Positions 61,990 through 64,000 of a stretch of 64,000 nt of DNA are shown here, in pieces. The stretch's first letter is position 1; every line of letters starts with the position of its first letter. A program made the translations under genes and the position numbers. The stretch comes from Cyanophora paradoxa CCMP329. Its lineage: Eukaryota; Plantae; Glaucophyta. The stretch spans positions 97,888 through 161,887 of the forward strand of contig QPMI01000647.1 of assembly GCA_004431415.1 (NCBI GenBank), given 5' to 3'. The notes beneath the pieces were generated by a model. That model did no database searches. It saw only the letters and a list, made by a program, of their open reading frames with translations, and was not told the DNA's origin.

Positions 61990-63671
61990 ATGGCTACGGT
62001 GAGCGGCGATCAGCAGGCGACACTGCTGTCTTATGCGGCGGCGGTTGCTCGTCAAATAGCTGAAGCCGGCATCGATGGCGACGAAGCCAGCGGCCGCGAC
62101 CCGAGCTCCTGCTGGCGCGCGTTCATCGGCTTCAGCTCTGCCGTCGCAAGAACGCTTGAACAGCGGCATGCGTGCGTTCATAGATGGCCAGGAAAACGTG
62201 CCTGTGCTCGCGACTGACGAAGGCCGCATGCGTAGTGGCGCACAGTTCCTTCCCGCATTCGAGATCGTGTCCGAGCGCATGCCAGCCGGTACGTGCGCGC
62301 GTCGAAACTTGAAACTGAACAACAGTGCTCTTGATGATGAATGCACCGCAGTATTCCGGATGCGCTTGGCGCCTGCAGCTGGCGGCCGCGAACTCGAAGC
62401 GCTCCTGCATGCGCGAACGTCGGCCCCGCCCGTCAACCTCGTTCCCGCGGAAGGCACCCAGATGCACAGGGACTGGCTTCGGCTCTGGCGCTTGTCGCTG
62501 TCGTCCCCGGAAGCCTCGGGCCGGACGCAGTGGGACGCGGGGAGCGTCATCGGGCCCTCGTCGGTGCGCGCGCCGTCGACCGGCTTCGCCGCCGCATTTG
62601 ATCCCGTGCCCAGGACCTGTGGTGCCTCGGCGCCGTTCTCCACGGCGTGACGCACGGGCTCCGGCCGCCCTTCGCCGGCGCGGGGGCGGACCCCATCGCG
62701 ATTCTGCACGCGAAGATGACCCGCGGCCAGACGCGCTCGGGCCCCGGGCGCGCTCCGGCGGTCCTGGAAGACATCATCGAGGTCAGCCCGACCCGGACGC
62801 GCGCCCGCTTGATCCCTGCGCGCCTCACGCGCGCGCCCCGGCCCGCGGCCGAGCGCAGACTCTGCTCCACCCGGACCCCTCCTGCCGGTGCCGCCGGCCC
62901 GCCCGCGCCGAACGGCCCGCGCCCCCGCCCTGAGTTCTTGAGCAGGTACTCTTCCGCGGCCGCCCTGGCCGCGGACCTAGAAGCGTGCGGGCGCCTGCTG
63001 GACGCGGGGGGGCGAATCCCGCCCTTCCCCCTCGACGCCGCCCGCGCCGCCTCGCGTACCCCCGCCCCCTCCGCCCTCCAGGGCCGCGGGCGGCCGCGGC
63101 GGCGCTGGTGGCGGCCGGAGAGCGGGCGCTGCTGGCGCCGGGCGGGCGGGGCGTGCTGGCGGTGAGGGCGGCCCCGGCGAGGGCAAGACCTCGCTCCTGC
63201 AGCACGTCACTGCCTCGCTCTCCGCATCCCTCCGTGCGCCCGCATACCCCCGCCCGCCGCCCGCCCCGCCCCGCCCGCCCCGTGGGGCCGACTGGGCGCG
63301 GCAGGCCGCTGGGCGCGGGCCCCGCGGGTGGCCACCGGCAAGTTCGATCAAATCTCGCGGGGGCAGCCGTTCGCCGCCGCCGCCGCCTGTGTTCGGGACC
63401 TAGCCGCCCAGGCAGGCCCTCTGCTGTACTCCGCTTTGCTCTGCTTTGCTCTGCTTAGCTCTGCTTTGCGTCGCCTTGTAACCGGGCGGCAGGTGCTGGC
63501 CTCGGAGGGCGACCTGGCGGAGATCGCGGGGCGGCTGCGGGCTCTCTTCGGGGGGGAGCGGCCGGCGCGGGCCGCCGGCGCCGTTCTCTCCCTGGTCCCC
63601 GAGCTGGAGCCGCTCCTGTACCCCTCCCGCGCCTGCCGCCGCTCCAGCCTCTCCTGCACCTCCCCGGCTCG

Positions 63672-63716
<45 letters not shown>

Positions 63717-64000
63717 CCCGTCTCGCGCGGCTCTGAGGCGGGCGGGCGGGCGGGCGGGCGGGCGGGCGCGGCGCAGGAGCCGCGCCGCTTGAGCGAGGGC
63801 GAGTCCGACGCGGAGGCCGCCGGCTCCGTCGCCGCGCCCCTCCTCGTCCGCTGCTTCCGTGCGCGGCGCCCCGCCCCTTCCTCCCCCCGCGCCTCTCTGA
63901 GCGGGTGGGCGCGCGCGGGGGTTAGACGATCTCTTCCACTGCTTCGGCGACCGGGCGAGACCCCTCGTCCTCGTCTTTGAGGACTGCCAGGCGCGCCCGC
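61990..64000 (+). CDS. Ser/Thr-kinase-like plus AAA/STAND protein (COG3899 / HstK-type hybrid sensor architecture), 3' end beyond the window edge
   Basis: Kinase C-lobe SPEASGRT..DLWCLGAVLH..PPFAG..DPIAILHA..LEDII..LLHPDP..RYSSAAALAADL..IPPFPL; P-loop GGPGEGKTSLL; ATGKFDQISRGQPFAA; LVPELEPLL; PLVLVFEDCQ. Two apparent single-base frameshifts occur near 63090 and 63164. Confidence 0.8.

Noticed and set aside
63080-63170. Frameshifts in the kinase-AAA gene (and one near 20150 in NWD) as pseudogenisation or programmed frameshifting
   Set aside because: Single-base indels in G/C-rich runs amid otherwise intact motifs are more simply explained as consensus errors. This cannot be decided without reads.
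1-64000. tRNA, rRNA or other structured RNA genes
   Set aside because: No cloverleaf, box A/B or rRNA signature was recognised by eye. A covariance-model scan would be needed to exclude small RNAs.

Overview
This is eukaryotic, very GC-rich DNA densely packed with genes broken by many short introns (mostly about 50-150 bp). Most entries in the ORF track are exon fragments or GC-driven shadow frames. The style suggests a protist or alga, possibly glaucophyte-like, but that is a guess. Stitching exons by hand gives ten recognisable genes in order: (1) a mitochondrial-type AAA+ ATPase (-, runs off the left edge); (2) a Slo/BK-family K+ channel (-); (3) a divergently transcribed NWD1/2-like NACHT-WD40 protein (+); (4-5) a tandem pair of DOT1-family H3K79 methyltransferases (-); (6) the MiaB/CDK5RAP1 tRNA methylthiotransferase (-); (7) a soluble-adenylyl-cyclase-like class III cyclase with STAND and TPR-like regions (+); (8) an FkbM methyltransferase (-); (9) a PI-PLC-delta-like protein with a degenerate active site (+); (10) a kinase-like/AAA (COG3899-type) protein (+, runs off the right edge). 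There is also a TA-flanked MITE. The most interesting signal is the DOT1 pair. One copy keeps the catalytic Asn and carries a large basic AT-hook-like repeat arm. The other has a natural Asn->Ala change at the DOT1L N241 position and gains a SAM-like C-terminus. Other notable patterns are intronic 'echo' copies of neighbouring exon ends, a TpA-rich mutational signature and frequent GC-AG introns. All exon boundaries are manual and approximate.
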